64,000 nt of DNA from Bryobacterales bacterium. GTDB taxonomy: Bacteria; Acidobacteriota; Terriglobia; Bryobacterales; Bryobacteraceae. Made by a program: the position numbers and the translations under genes. The stretch is taken from positions 32,125-96,124 of the forward strand of contig JADZAF010000099.1 in assembly GCA_020852755.1 (NCBI GenBank). Reading direction: 5' to 3'. The notes under the pieces were generated by a model. That model worked only from the letters and a program-made list of their open reading frames with translations, had not been told where the DNA came from and searched no databases. How positions within the stretch are numbered: the first letter of the stretch is position 1; each line of letters starts with the position of its first letter. Shown piece after piece: positions 48,834 to 58,225 of this stretch.

Positions 48834-49931
48834 CTACCGGACTACCCGCGCGCCCTTGCCTTTCATGGCCGCTTCCACTTCCTTCAGCGACGCCATGGTG
48901 GTGTCGCCCGGAGTGGTCATGGCCAGGGCTCCGTGGGTCGCGCCATAGTTCACCGCTTCCGCCGCCGTCTTGCCGGCCAGGAACGCGTAGGCCAGTCCGG
49001 AAGCGAAACTGTCGCCGCCCCCGACCCGGTCGTAGATCTCCAGGTTCTCGCGCAGCGGCGCTTCGTGGAACTCGCCTTCGCTCCATACGATGGCGCCCCA
49101 GTCGTTGAGGGTCGCGGTCTTGGCGTTCCGCAGCGTGGTGGCCACCACCTGGAAGTTCGGGTACATCTTACAGACCTCCCCGATCATCTTGCGGAAGTTC
49201 GCCGGGTCCAGCTTGGAGATGTGCTCGTCCATCCCCGGCACCTCGAAACCCAGGCCCGCCGTGAAGTCCTCTTCGTTGCCGATCATCACGTCCACCAGCG
49301 AGGCGATCCGGCGGTTCACCTCCACCGCCCGGGCGACCCCGCCCTGCGACTTCCATAGCGAGGGCCGGAAGTTCAGATCGTAGGAGATCACCGTCCCGGC
49401 CGCGTGCGCCGCTTCCAGAGCCTCGATCACCGTGTCCGCGGTCGTGGCCGACAGCGCCGCGAAGATTCCGCCGCAGTGGAACCAGCGCACCCCTTCGTCC
49501 ACGAACAGGCGCTTCCAGTCGATGTCGCCGGGCTTGATCTGCGAAGCCGCCGACCAGGCGCGGTCCGAGCAGCCCACCGCGCCCCGTATGCCGTAGCCCT
49601 TTTCGGTGAAGTTGAGCCCCACCCGCGCGGCCCGGCCGATACCGTCGAACGGCACCCACTTGACGTGCGAGAGGTCCACTCCGCCTTGCAGCATCAGGTC
49701 CTCGAGCAGCCGCCCGACCTCGTTGTCGACGATGGCCGTGACCACCGTGGTCCGCAGCCCGAAACAGCGCCGCAGTCCCCGGACCACGTTGTACTCGCCG
49801 CCGCCTTCCCACACCTGGAACTGCCGGGTGGTCCGGATGCGCCCGTCTCCGGGATCCAGACGGAGCATGATCTCGCCCAGCGCCGCCGCGTCCCACCGGC
49901 ACTCTTCGCGCGACTTGATCTTCAACGCCAT
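48834..49931 (-). CDS. kdgK: PfkB-family sugar kinase (2-dehydro-3-deoxygluconokinase-like)
   Basis: Ribokinase-fold motifs including the C-terminal GGGDSFASG. It is adjacent to eda. Confidence 0.8.
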   Translation of the reverse strand: MALKIKSREECRWDAAALGEIMLRLDPGDGRIRTTRQFQVWEGGGEYNVVRGLRRCFGLRTTVVTAIVDNEVGRLLEDLMLQGGVDLSHVKWVPFDGIGRAARVGLNFTEKGYGIRGAVGCSDRAWSAASQIKPGDIDWKRLFVDEGVRWFHCGGIFAALSATTADTVIEALEAAHAAGTVISYDLNFRPSLWKSQGGVARAVEVNRRIASLVDVMIGNEEDFTAGLGFEVPGMDEHISKLDPANFRKMIGEVCKMYPNFQVVATTLRNAKTATLNDWGAIVWSEGEFHEAPLRENLEIYDRVGGGDSFASGLAYAFLAGKTAAEAVNYGATHGALAMTTPGDTTMASLKEVEAAMKGKGARVVR

Positions 49932-49933
49932 GT

Positions 49934-50611
49934 TCACGCCCCTCCCCGGATCTTGCGGATCAGCTCCAGCGTATTGCGCACGTTGTCCGCGATGCCCCGG
50001 TAATCGCGCGCCTTGATCAGCTCTTTCCGGATCAGGTTCGAACCCATCCCCACGCAGGCCACGCCGGCGTCGAACCACGCTTTGAGCGACGCTTCGGTGC
50101 TTTCGACTCCGCCGGTGGGCATGATGGAAACCCAGGGGCAGGGCGCCTTGACCGACTTCACGAAGGCCGGCCCGCCCACTTCTTTCCCGGGAAACACCTT
50201 CACGATCTCACAGCCCAGTTCCTCGGCCTGCGAGATCTCCGAAGCGCTGCCGCAGCCCGGCGAATAGGGGATCTTGCGCCGGTTGCAGGCCTTCGCCACG
50301 TCCGGGTTCAGCACCGGGCCCACCACGAAATTGGCGCCGCAGTTGATATAGAGCCCGGCCGTGACTGGATCGACCACCGAACCGACGCCCAGAATCATTT
50401 CGGGAAGTTCTTTTGCGCAGTACCGCTCCAGCTCGGTGAACACCTCCCAGGCATGGTCGCCCCGGTTGGTGAATTCCAGCAGCCGGCATCCGCCGGCCAT
50501 GCACGCGGCCGCTACTTCGCGCGCCACCTCCACGCTGGGATCGTAAAAAACGGGCACCATGCCGGTTTCGATCATGGTGTTCAGTACCTTCAGTCGCATG
50601 AATCGCGCCAT
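49934..50611 (-). CDS. eda: KDPG / KHG aldolase
   Basis: MIETGMVPVF...GGCRLLEFTNR...GPAFVKSVKAPCPWVSIMPTGGV is the Eda family. Confidence 0.85.
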   Translation of the reverse strand: MARFMRLKVLNTMIETGMVPVFYDPSVEVAREVAAACMAGGCRLLEFTNRGDHAWEVFTELERYCAKELPEMILGVGSVVDPVTAGLYINCGANFVVGPVLNPDVAKACNRRKIPYSPGCGSASEISQAEELGCEIVKVFPGKEVGGPAFVKSVKAPCPWVSIMPTGGVESTEASLKAWFDAGVACVGMGSNLIRKELIKARDYRGIADNVRNTLELIRKIRGGA

Positions 50612-50676
50612 GTATTGCTCCTTTCGATATCGGTTCCGAGGCAGTCTCCGGCTGTCTCGGACATCCTTATCTCAAT

Positions 50677-51651
50677 CTACCAAGTTCGCTCCTTGAGGAT
50701 TTCCTGGATCTGTTCCCTGGCCACCGGCAGCTTGTCGATGTGCTGCCGCAGCCAGTTCGAAAAGTCCTTCTCGATGGCCTCGCTCCAGCGCGCGTCGATC
50801 TGGCCCGCGGTGTACTTGCCTTCCCGCAGCCGCTGGTGGCCGAACATGTCCCGAAGCCGCACTACCTCGGAAGTCTTTACCACCTGCTCCGCGAGGTGCG
50901 GCGGGATGAAGATGACCGCCCCGTTTCTTCCCAGCACCACGTCGCCGGGCATCACCGTGGCCTGTCCGATGCGCACCGGGCAGTTGATGCCCATCAGCGT
51001 GGTATTGAATCTCGGCCCCAGCATGCCGAAGTGATGCGAGGGATGGTAGGAGCGGATGAAAGAGGTGAAGTTCTCCATCTCCTGCAAGCCGGCGATGTCG
51101 CGCACCGCGCCGTCGTAGACGATGCCGTTGCCGCTCTTGGCGTAGATGGAATTCCCCACGTTGTCCCCGATCGAAGGCCCGTCCAGCTTGTTGCCGTAGT
51201 GGTCCACTACGTAGACGTCGCCCGGCTGCAGCATGTCCACCGGCCAGGCGTTGGTTCCCCCGATCCGCTTCTCCTTCTTGCCCACCTCTTCAATCACCTT
51301 CTGGACGTCCGGGCGGCCGGGCATCCACACCGCCGTAAGCGCGCGGCCCACCAGCACCTTGTCCGGATGAATCGTCATCCAGCCATCCTCGTACTGGTAG
51401 TTGAAGTTGGCGTTGCGCAACACCGACCAGGCTTCCTCCAGCGTCACCGCCTGCATTCGCTTCAGAATCCCGTCCGCAACCCGGGGACGGCCGTCCGGAA
51501 AGCGCTCTCCTTTCCATTCCGGCGTGTACTGCACGAGTTCCGCTTTCGAAAAGGCTCCGGGCTGCGCCCGTGCCGGCAGGGCCAGGCCGGCCCCTGCCAC
51601 GATCAGGACAAACATTCCGCCGCTCAATGATCTTTTCATCCGTTGCTCCAT
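50677..51651 (-). CDS. exported RraA/MenG-like (HMG-CHA aldolase-fold) family protein
   Basis: Signal peptide (FVLIVAGAGLALPARAQ) plus an RraA-like C-terminal half (DVYVVDHYG...DGAVRDIAGL). At 324 aa it is larger than canonical RraA. Confidence 0.6.
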   Translation of the reverse strand: MEQRMKRSLSGGMFVLIVAGAGLALPARAQPGAFSKAELVQYTPEWKGERFPDGRPRVADGILKRMQAVTLEEAWSVLRNANFNYQYEDGWMTIHPDKVLVGRALTAVWMPGRPDVQKVIEEVGKKEKRIGGTNAWPVDMLQPGDVYVVDHYGNKLDGPSIGDNVGNSIYAKSGNGIVYDGAVRDIAGLQEMENFTSFIRSYHPSHHFGMLGPRFNTTLMGINCPVRIGQATVMPGDVVLGRNGAVIFIPPHLAEQVVKTSEVVRLRDMFGHQRLREGKYTAGQIDARWSEAIEKDFSNWLRQHIDKLPVAREQIQEILKERTW

Positions 51652-51814
51652 ATCAGGCGTTCCCGCGAGTGGGAACCCGGCGCCGGTGGCGCGTTGTTAA
51701 CGTGCGGCGCCCGCCCGTGACACACGCTTCCTTCTCCGAAAGGGCTCCGTCCGGTGTCCTTTCAGGATAATCGCCGGTGCCGGGTCACTGCTGGTCGGTT
51801 ACTGCCGGCGCCCT

Positions 51815-52219
51815 TTACTTATCGGAGGCGGCCGGCTGGACCTGTTGCGGGGGCTGGGCAACCTGGCTCCGCCACCATCCACCTCCCCGGGCGGCGAACC
51901 CGCGGCCCCGGCCGGCGCCCCATCCGCCGCCCCACGCCGCGCCTCCCCGGCCGCCACGCCGGCCGCCGCCGAATCCGAGCGGCCGGCCCTGCCCGACCGG
52001 GCGGCCAGTCAGGTCGCAGATTCCGTCCTTGTCCCTGTCATTCCACGCGCAGGGGACGCCTCCCCGCCCGCGCCCGCAGATCACCTGCTGGTCCTGTTGT
52101 TGAACGGCTCCGGGCGCCTGGGCCTGCGGTTGCGAGATCCCCTGGTCCCGGTTTTGGGCCGGCAGCATGGCCGCCGGCATCAGTATCGCTGCCATTGCCC
52201 ACAGCAAAATAGTCCTCAT
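51815..52219 (-). CDS. small exported Gly/Arg-rich, 4-Cys protein (hypothetical)
   Basis: Signal peptide, then CGRGRGGVPCAWNDRDKDGICDLTG, then GGGRRGGRGG repeats. The alternative plus-strand ORF is antisense to tlpA. Confidence 0.4.
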   Translation of the reverse strand: MRTILLWAMAAILMPAAMLPAQNRDQGISQPQAQAPGAVQQQDQQVICGRGRGGVPCAWNDRDKDGICDLTGRPVGQGRPLGFGGGRRGGRGGAAWGGGWGAGRGRGFAARGGGWWRSQVAQPPQQVQPAASDK

Positions 52220-52239
52220 AAGATCTCCAGTTGCCTTGG

Positions 52240-52806
52240 CTACCCTTTCCGCGCCAGTTGCTCCGCGATCGCGGAGCGCCACTCCTGGTCGCCCGTCCAC
52301 CCTACCTTCTTCTTAATGACCCGGCCGCGCTTGTCCAGCAGGACCAAAACAGGTACGTACAGAAGCTTGTCCGGCGGGTGCTCGAGATACCGCACCGCCT
52401 CGGCCCGGGCGAGCACCCCCACCGGGAAGGTGAGACCGTAGAGGCTCCGGTACATCGGCAGCACCCGGGCGGCATCGGTGTCGATGGCCAGGGCGACCGC
52501 CAGAAAGCCCCGGGCGCCGAAATCCTCGTACAGTTTCTGAATTCCCGCCGAGGCCTGCTTGCAGGTCGGGCAACTGGTGGTCATGAAATCGATCAGCACC
52601 ACCTTGCCCGGCTGCTTGTGTACCTCGAGCACCTGGCCGTCAATCGTCTGGATCTTCAGCGGAAGGCTCGGACCAGCGGCGGCGCTGTTCTGCGCTGCCC
52701 GCACCAGGCCCGCCACGCCGGGGAGGAGGGCCGCCCGGCAAAGCCACTCCCGTCGCCGCATGGCGGCTCCGCTTTCCCGGTCGAGCAGAGGTCTTATGTC
52801 TGCCAT
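52240..52806 (-). CDS. TlpA-family thiol:disulfide oxidoreductase (thioredoxin fold, CPTC)
   Basis: CxxC motif SCPTC in a thioredoxin-fold context, with an N-terminal signal/anchor. Confidence 0.75.
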   Translation of the reverse strand: MADIRPLLDRESGAAMRRREWLCRAALLPGVAGLVRAAQNSAAAGPSLPLKIQTIDGQVLEVHKQPGKVVLIDFMTTSCPTCKQASAGIQKLYEDFGARGFLAVALAIDTDAARVLPMYRSLYGLTFPVGVLARAEAVRYLEHPPDKLLYVPVLVLLDKRGRVIKKKVGWTGDQEWRSAIAEQLARKG

Positions 52807-52875
52807 GACGGTTTCAGACTATCAGATCCTGGTAGTAGGTGCAACTAACACCTAAGGGCCGCAGCGCGCTCCTTC

Positions 52876-53913
52876 TCAGGCCGTCGCCGCCGCGGGCGTC
52901 CCCGCCCGCAGCCCGATGTCCTCCAGAAGGATCCTCAAGTCTTCCTTCTCCGCGGCCGTCAGGTTGTCTCCGGGTTCGCGCACCGGGCCGCCTGCCAGCC
53001 CCAGAATGTCCATCGCGGCCTTGGTGACTCCCACGTAGAGGTGGCCGGCTGTGTAGCCCGGCAGCATCCAGGGGTCCCGGCCGCGGTTGCGCGCGCAGGC
53101 CGCGATGAAGCTGTACCAGCGCCCGATCTTCTCCATCACCTGGCGCACCGCCAGGAAGTCGCAGCGGTCGGCGGCCTCCAGCAGGGACAAGGTCAGCTCC
53201 GGCGCCAGGTTTGCCAGGGAGGTCACGAATCCCGGACATCCCAGGGCTGCCTCGCAGGCAAACTGCACCTCGCCGATCCCGCACAGCACCGTCATCCTGG
53301 CGGGGTCAATGGCGTCCCGCATGGCCTTGAACAGCACCGGGTCGCTGGTGTTCTCCTTGTCTCCCACGATGTTCGGGTGCTCGGCGCAGCGCACCATCAG
53401 GTGCGGCGGCATCCATAGCTTGGACACGGCCGTGTTGTTATAAATAATGATCCCGATGGTAAGGGCATCGGCCAGCCGCAGGTAGTGCCGCACCAGCCCT
53501 TCTTCACTGGGCACATGGTAGTAGGGCAGAACCACCTGAACGCCGTCCGCGCCGGCCCGCTCGGCCGCCTTCGACAACCGGATGGCCTGATCGGTTCCAG
53601 CCGCCCCGGTTCCCCCCAGCACCGGCAGTTTGCCGCCGGCACAGTCCACCACTGTCTCGATCACCTGCAGCCGCTCGGCGTCCGACAGCGCGTACGCCTC
53701 GCCGGTGCTGCCGGTCGGCACGAGCACAAAGCGCTTTCCCGCGCACCGTTCCACCAGGAAACGCGTGTTGGCCTTCAGACCCTCCAGGTCCAGGCTGCCG
53801 TCCCTGTTGAAGGGCGTCGTTTGTACGATGACCACCGCCTTCACGGTTTCTCGTAGTACTTCCGGTTTCAATGGCATTTCAGCCTTCTTTCCGAGCTGTT
53901 CGCTCATTCTCAA
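52876..53913 (-). CDS. DapA/NAL family (dihydrodipicolinate synthase-like) lyase, probably a 2-keto-3-deoxy-sugar acid aldolase/dehydratase
   Basis: TIM-barrel Schiff-base lyase family motifs (VPTGSTGE..., ...YYHVPS...). Adjacent to the KDG genes. Confidence 0.75.
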   Translation of the reverse strand: MRMSEQLGKKAEMPLKPEVLRETVKAVVIVQTTPFNRDGSLDLEGLKANTRFLVERCAGKRFVLVPTGSTGEAYALSDAERLQVIETVVDCAGGKLPVLGGTGAAGTDQAIRLSKAAERAGADGVQVVLPYYHVPSEEGLVRHYLRLADALTIGIIIYNNTAVSKLWMPPHLMVRCAEHPNIVGDKENTSDPVLFKAMRDAIDPARMTVLCGIGEVQFACEAALGCPGFVTSLANLAPELTLSLLEAADRCDFLAVRQVMEKIGRWYSFIAACARNRGRDPWMLPGYTAGHLYVGVTKAAMDILGLAGGPVREPGDNLTAAEKEDLRILLEDIGLRAGTPAAATA

Positions 53914-53922
53914 AATCCGCGA

Positions 53923-54936
53923 TCACCATCCCAGAGCCATGGCGCCGGCTCCCAAGGCCAGGCCTGCGCTGAAGCCGATCGTCTTCACCTTCATGAATTC
54001 GCGGCGGGAGTGGGCCAGCATGGGCAGCATTCCATGGCCGTCCTGGACAATCGAGTTCGCCAGCAGAACGCTCAGCGGCACCGCGCCCTCGGCGAAAAGC
54101 GTGACAAAAACCAGGTGCGGGCCGGATTCGGGGATCAGGCCCACCAGGCAGGCGATCCATAGCACCATCCATTTCCCCCGCCGCAGGCTGGCCTCCAGGT
54201 GTAGCACCTCCGTAAGCAGATGCATGGCGGCCAGCGCGCCCAGCGTCCACAGGAAGACGCGCGGGGCATGCTTTTTCGCCACGTGCCGCCACAGATGTTC
54301 CCGAAGAAAGTGATCCGGGACCGTGGCCACGATGAACAGAGCCAGGGCCGAAACGACGGCCAGGCTGCCCCGAATCCAGTTCCACTCCGCCGGACCCAAT
54401 TGCCCGGTCAGGATTCCGGCCAGAAAGAGCCCCACAACAACCGACAGGACTCCTCTCTCGGCCGAACAGTCCTGCCACTCGGCCCGCACCCGTCTGAGTT
54501 CGAAATACGTCCGCCGGTCCTCCGCGTGCACTTCGAGGCAGGCTGCCGGCCGGTGCGTCAGGCGCCTCCCGCCCAGCAGATCCACCAGCACTCCGGCGAC
54601 GAGGCCGGAGACAGCCAGTATGACCATCAGGAACACGGCCTGCCGGGGGACCAGAGCCAGCATGACGAAAGCTTCGTCGCCGCTGGCGGCGATCATGGCC
54701 GTCACCACCGCTCCAAGCGTCAAGACGCCGTGCGAATACATCGCCACCGCCGCGAAGGCGCCCAGGCAGCCCGGCGTCACGCCCAGCAGCGCCGCCAGCA
54801 GGTACTGTCCCCAGCGGCGCCCGGCCAGCCGGGTTTGCCATCTTCCACCGCTCACCACGTTCAGGTACTCGATCAGCAGCATCATCGCCATGACGAAGGC
54901 GGTGATCAGTAGGGCGGTCTTGACCGGTTCGATCAT
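53923..54936 (-). CDS. putative 10-TM permease (ArsP_2-like heavy-metal/organoarsenical exporter family, tentative)
   Basis: Polytopic membrane protein with two internally repeated halves. The family assignment is from memory. Confidence 0.45.
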   Translation of the reverse strand: MIEPVKTALLITAFVMAMMLLIEYLNVVSGGRWQTRLAGRRWGQYLLAALLGVTPGCLGAFAAVAMYSHGVLTLGAVVTAMIAASGDEAFVMLALVPRQAVFLMVILAVSGLVAGVLVDLLGGRRLTHRPAACLEVHAEDRRTYFELRRVRAEWQDCSAERGVLSVVVGLFLAGILTGQLGPAEWNWIRGSLAVVSALALFIVATVPDHFLREHLWRHVAKKHAPRVFLWTLGALAAMHLLTEVLHLEASLRRGKWMVLWIACLVGLIPESGPHLVFVTLFAEGAVPLSVLLANSIVQDGHGMLPMLAHSRREFMKVKTIGFSAGLALGAGAMALGW

Positions 54937-54943
54937 CGGCGGC

Positions 54944-55408
54944 TTACGCTTTCCGCCTGATCGGCCACTGGCATACCCGGCCGATCCCCTGGCGTGCCAG
55001 GAGTCCGGCGCGGTCCTCCGCCTTGCACCCTGGAAAGAGGAAGCGCGGGTCCTCGAGCTCCTCCTTCAGAAAAGCCTCGAGAACTTCCTCGACGGAACCG
55101 CTCACCAACGGGATGATGCGTATGCCTGCCGAAGCCAGCATGGCCACCGCGGGGCGCGAGACCACGCCGCAAATCAGCACTTCCACCCCCAGGCTCCGAA
55201 GCAGCTTCACCCGGTTCACCGGAGCCACGCCTTTCAAAACCGCGGCTGTCCGCTCCAACGCGCGCCCGCCCAGGCACTCCACCGCCAGCAGCCGGCCGGC
55301 GAAATCGAACGTGGCGGCAATCCGGCTCCGGCTGATGGGGAATGCGACTGTTACCGCTCCGCTTCGGGGCGATCTGGCGCTAGCAGTAGGATCCTGGCTC
55401 GATGGCAT
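54944..55408 (-). CDS. NifX/NifB-family (dinitrogenase FeMo-cofactor-binding domain, DUF-like) protein
   Basis: VAFPIS...FDFAG..., ...ICGVVS.../...IPLVSGSVEEVLEAF... is the NifX/NafY-like fold. Its 5' end overlaps the racemase 3' end and no clean start codon is found. Confidence 0.55.
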   Translation of the reverse strand: MPSSQDPTASARSPRSGAVTVAFPISRSRIAATFDFAGRLLAVECLGGRALERTAAVLKGVAPVNRVKLLRSLGVEVLICGVVSRPAVAMLASAGIRIIPLVSGSVEEVLEAFLKEELEDPRFLFPGCKAEDRAGLLARQGIGRVCQWPIRRKA

Positions 55409-56087
55409 ACTCCAGCGCTCTCTCCGCATGCAGCAGGGTGGTATCGAACAACGGCAGGGGGCTATCGTGCCGCGACAGCAGCAGGGGCAGCTCCGTGCAA
55501 CCCAGAACGAGGCCCTGGGCGCCTGCCGTCCTCAGCTTCTCAATAATCCCCACGCACTCGCGCCGCGACTCGGGGCGGATCTCTGCCCGGCACAGCTCCT
55601 GGTAGATGATCGAGTTGACTCGAGCCTGGTCGTCGGACGCCGGCGCCAGCATCTCGATTCCCCACCGCTCGAGCGCCTCCCGGAAGAACTTCTCGCGCAT
55701 CGTGAAGACCGTTCCCAGCATGCCCACCACTTGCAGTCCCGCCGCGCGTATCGCCTGCGCCGTGGCGTCCATAATGCTGAGCAGTGGCATCCTGGTCGCC
55801 GCTTGCACCTCCTCAAAGACGATGTGCATCGTGTTCGTCGCGATCAGGCCGAAATCCGCTCCGGCCAACCGCAGGCGCTCCAGGGCATCCGCCATGGCCA
55901 GGGCTGCTTCCGTCCAGCGCCCCTGCTTCTGCCACTGGACAAACTGCTGGAACCGGACGCTGTAAATGAGAATCTCCGGGTATCCGAAGTCGCCGAAGCG
56001 GGCGGTGTATGAGCGGGTGATGTGCTCGTAATAAGTGGTCGTGGATTCCGGGCTCATGCCCCCGAGAATGCCGATTTTGCGATACAT
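55380..56087 (-). CDS. aspartate/glutamate racemase family protein
   Basis: MYRKIGILGGMSPESTTTYY... and ...LVLGCTELPLL... carry the two catalytic Cys/Thr motifs. Confidence 0.8.
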   Translation of the reverse strand: MYRKIGILGGMSPESTTTYYEHITRSYTARFGDFGYPEILIYSVRFQQFVQWQKQGRWTEAALAMADALERLRLAGADFGLIATNTMHIVFEEVQAATRMPLLSIMDATAQAIRAAGLQVVGMLGTVFTMREKFFREALERWGIEMLAPASDDQARVNSIIYQELCRAEIRPESRRECVGIIEKLRTAGAQGLVLGCTELPLLLSRHDSPLPLFDTTLLHAERALEYAIEPGSYC

Positions 56088-56989
56088 GCCGCGTCCTTTC
56101 CTTCGAGCAGAGCCCGCAGGCCCTCCCAAACCCGCCGAATATCGGCCGCGCAGCCCTCCCGCCGGTGCTCCACCACGGCCATCCCGCGGATCTGGGCCGC
56201 CGTCACGCCCGGGTCGTAGCGGATCCTGCCTGCCAGGGCGAACTTCTGGCTGCGTGCCCAGGCTTCAATCCGTGTAGTGATCTCCGGGTTCAGGTCCCAC
56301 TTGTTGACCGAGACGGCCAGGGGGATCCCGAAGTGATGCGCCAGGGCTGCCACCCGCTCCAGGTCATGCAGGCCGCTAAGGGTCGGCTCGCTTACCGCCA
56401 GGACAAGATCCGCCCCGGTGATGCATGCAATGACCGGGCATCCGATGCCCGGTGGCCCGTCGCTGATGACCAGTTCGATGCCCCGCTCTCCGGCCAGCCG
56501 GGCTGCGTTCCCCCGCACCGTGCTCACCAGCTTGCCGGAGTTCTCCGCCGCCACCCCGAGCCTGGCGTGTACCATGGGACCGCAGCGGGTCTCGGAAATG
56601 AACCAGTGGCCGTTAACCACGGGGCCGAACTCGATGGCCTGTTCGTTACAGAACCAGGCGCAGACTCCGCAGCCCTCGCACAAGATCGGATCGATGCGAA
56701 ACGTTCTTTCAACAGTCCCGTTTCCCGGACCGTCGCCGAAAACGGCATCGAAGCGGCACACCTCCTCGCATTTGCCGCAGGCAGTGCAGTGCCCCGGCCT
56801 GATTTGCGCCCGCTGGCCGCCCGCAAACGGGAAGCGCCTGACGTTGCGCGGCCCGAGCACCAGGTGGAGATCCGCGGCGTCCACGTCGCAGTCCGCCAGT
56901 ACGCAGGGCTGCCCCAAGGCGGCGAAAGAAGCTACCAGGGAGGTCTTGCCCGTGCCTCCCTTGCCGCTGATTACGGCCAGCTCCTTCAT
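56054..56989 (-). CDS. MinD/ParA-superfamily P-loop ATPase with inserted 4Fe-4S ferredoxin-type Cys motifs
   Basis: Deviant Walker A SGKGGTGKTS, and CxxCxxC(E)...C motifs (CTACGKCEEVC, CEGCGVCAWFC). Confidence 0.75.
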   Translation of the reverse strand: MKELAVISGKGGTGKTSLVASFAALGQPCVLADCDVDAADLHLVLGPRNVRRFPFAGGQRAQIRPGHCTACGKCEEVCRFDAVFGDGPGNGTVERTFRIDPILCEGCGVCAWFCNEQAIEFGPVVNGHWFISETRCGPMVHARLGVAAENSGKLVSTVRGNAARLAGERGIELVISDGPPGIGCPVIACITGADLVLAVSEPTLSGLHDLERVAALAHHFGIPLAVSVNKWDLNPEITTRIEAWARSQKFALAGRIRYDPGVTAAQIRGMAVVEHRREGCAADIRRVWEGLRALLEGKDAACIAKSAFSGA

Positions 56990-57837
56990 CGCTGTGCCTC
57001 GCATCCTGCCAGCCGCGTCAGGAGGTCCTCCAGCCGTTCGCGGAATTCCGGCACGGCCTCGCACGCCAGGACGCCCCGGGAATACGCCTCGGCAACCCTC
57101 CGGTTGTCCGGGATCTCGGCCAACACGTCGATTCCGTGCCGCCGGCAGTACGCCCGCGTCTCCCGGTCGCCTGAGTCGGACCGGTTGATCACCACGCCGA
57201 ACGGCAGGTGCAGCGCCCGGACCATCTCGACGGCCAGTTGGAGGTCGGAAAGTCCGAACGGGGTGGGTTCGGTCACCAGAGCGACAAAATCGGAGCCGCG
57301 CACGCTTTCAATCACGGCGCACGAGGTCCCGGGCGGGGAATCCACGATCACCAGGTCCGCCTCCGGAGCCGACGCCTTCACCCTCCGGACCAGCGGCGCG
57401 CTCATCGCTTCCCCGACCTCAAGCACCCCGCGCACGAACTGGAGGGGACCCGACTGGCCCGCTTCGAGCCTGCCCGTCTTACGGGTCCCCTCTCTGATGG
57501 CCCCGGCGCGGCAGACCAGAAGACAGCCGCCGCAGGCATGACACAGCTCCGGGTAGACAATTACCGTGCCGGCCACGCAGACGATGGCACTGTACTGGCA
57601 GATCTCGCCGCAAAGGCCGCAGCGCGTGCACTTCTTCTCATCTACCTGTGGATAGAGTCTTCCAACCGGCCGCGAGAGGGTGATCCCGGGCTTGAGGAAG
57701 ATATGACCATTCGGTTCCTCCACATCGCAATCGACGTAGACAACACGCAACCCCTTGGATGTCGCCAGGTAGGCAAGGTTTACCGCCACCGTCGTCTTCC
57801 CGGTTCCGCCTTTTCCGCTGGCTATGGCGATGCGCAT
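56986..57837 (-). CDS. MinD/ParA-superfamily P-loop ATPase with 4Fe-4S ferredoxin-type Cys motifs (paralog)
   Basis: SGKGGTGKTT; CTRCGLCGEIC and CHACGGCLLVC. A 4-nt ATGA overlap with the downstream paralog. Confidence 0.75.
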   Translation of the reverse strand: MRIAIASGKGGTGKTTVAVNLAYLATSKGLRVVYVDCDVEEPNGHIFLKPGITLSRPVGRLYPQVDEKKCTRCGLCGEICQYSAIVCVAGTVIVYPELCHACGGCLLVCRAGAIREGTRKTGRLEAGQSGPLQFVRGVLEVGEAMSAPLVRRVKASAPEADLVIVDSPPGTSCAVIESVRGSDFVALVTEPTPFGLSDLQLAVEMVRALHLPFGVVINRSDSGDRETRAYCRRHGIDVLAEIPDNRRVAEAYSRGVLACEAVPEFRERLEDLLTRLAGCEAQR

Positions 57838-57925
57838 GGAGGTTTTTCAGGTGTCCTTGGGCCAAGCCGGCCCCGGCCCGGCCCCGTAGTCCTGAGAGTC
57901 GGGTTGACCGGGCCGGCGCCGAAAG

Positions 57926-58204
57926 CTACTCCTCCTTTGTGTCCCTGGCTTCGAGATCTTCGATCCGTTTCCGAAGATCCTGGAACGCATTCCCGAACCA
58001 TCCCGCATTCCGTTGCCGGCCGGTCAGGCCTGTGGCATGGAACCAGTTGCGACGTCCCCTGCCGGCCCCGCGGCCCCGGCCCCGATATCCTCTGCCGCCC
58101 CCCGGCTGCACGCTGCCGGGACCATCGCGGCCACTGCAGAATCCCGCTCCGCGCCCTGTTCCCGGACCCGCTCCGAGCGGGCCTGTTCGATCCCCAAATG
58201 GCAT
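57926..58204 (-). CDS. DUF5320-like small protein
   Basis: MPFGDRTGPLGAGPGTGRGAGFCSG... is a Gly-rich N-terminus with a C-terminal coiled-coil. Confidence 0.6.
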   Translation of the reverse strand: MPFGDRTGPLGAGPGTGRGAGFCSGRDGPGSVQPGGGRGYRGRGRGAGRGRRNWFHATGLTGRQRNAGWFGNAFQDLRKRIEDLEARDTKEE

Positions 58205-58225
58205 TGTTGAACCTCCTGTCTTTCT

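Noticed and set aside
51845-52441. Plus-strand 198-aa ORF overlapping the Gly/Arg-rich gene and tlpA
   Set aside because: It is antisense to the confidently assigned TlpA CxxC protein and has no motif or signal peptide. The minus-strand reading is preferred.
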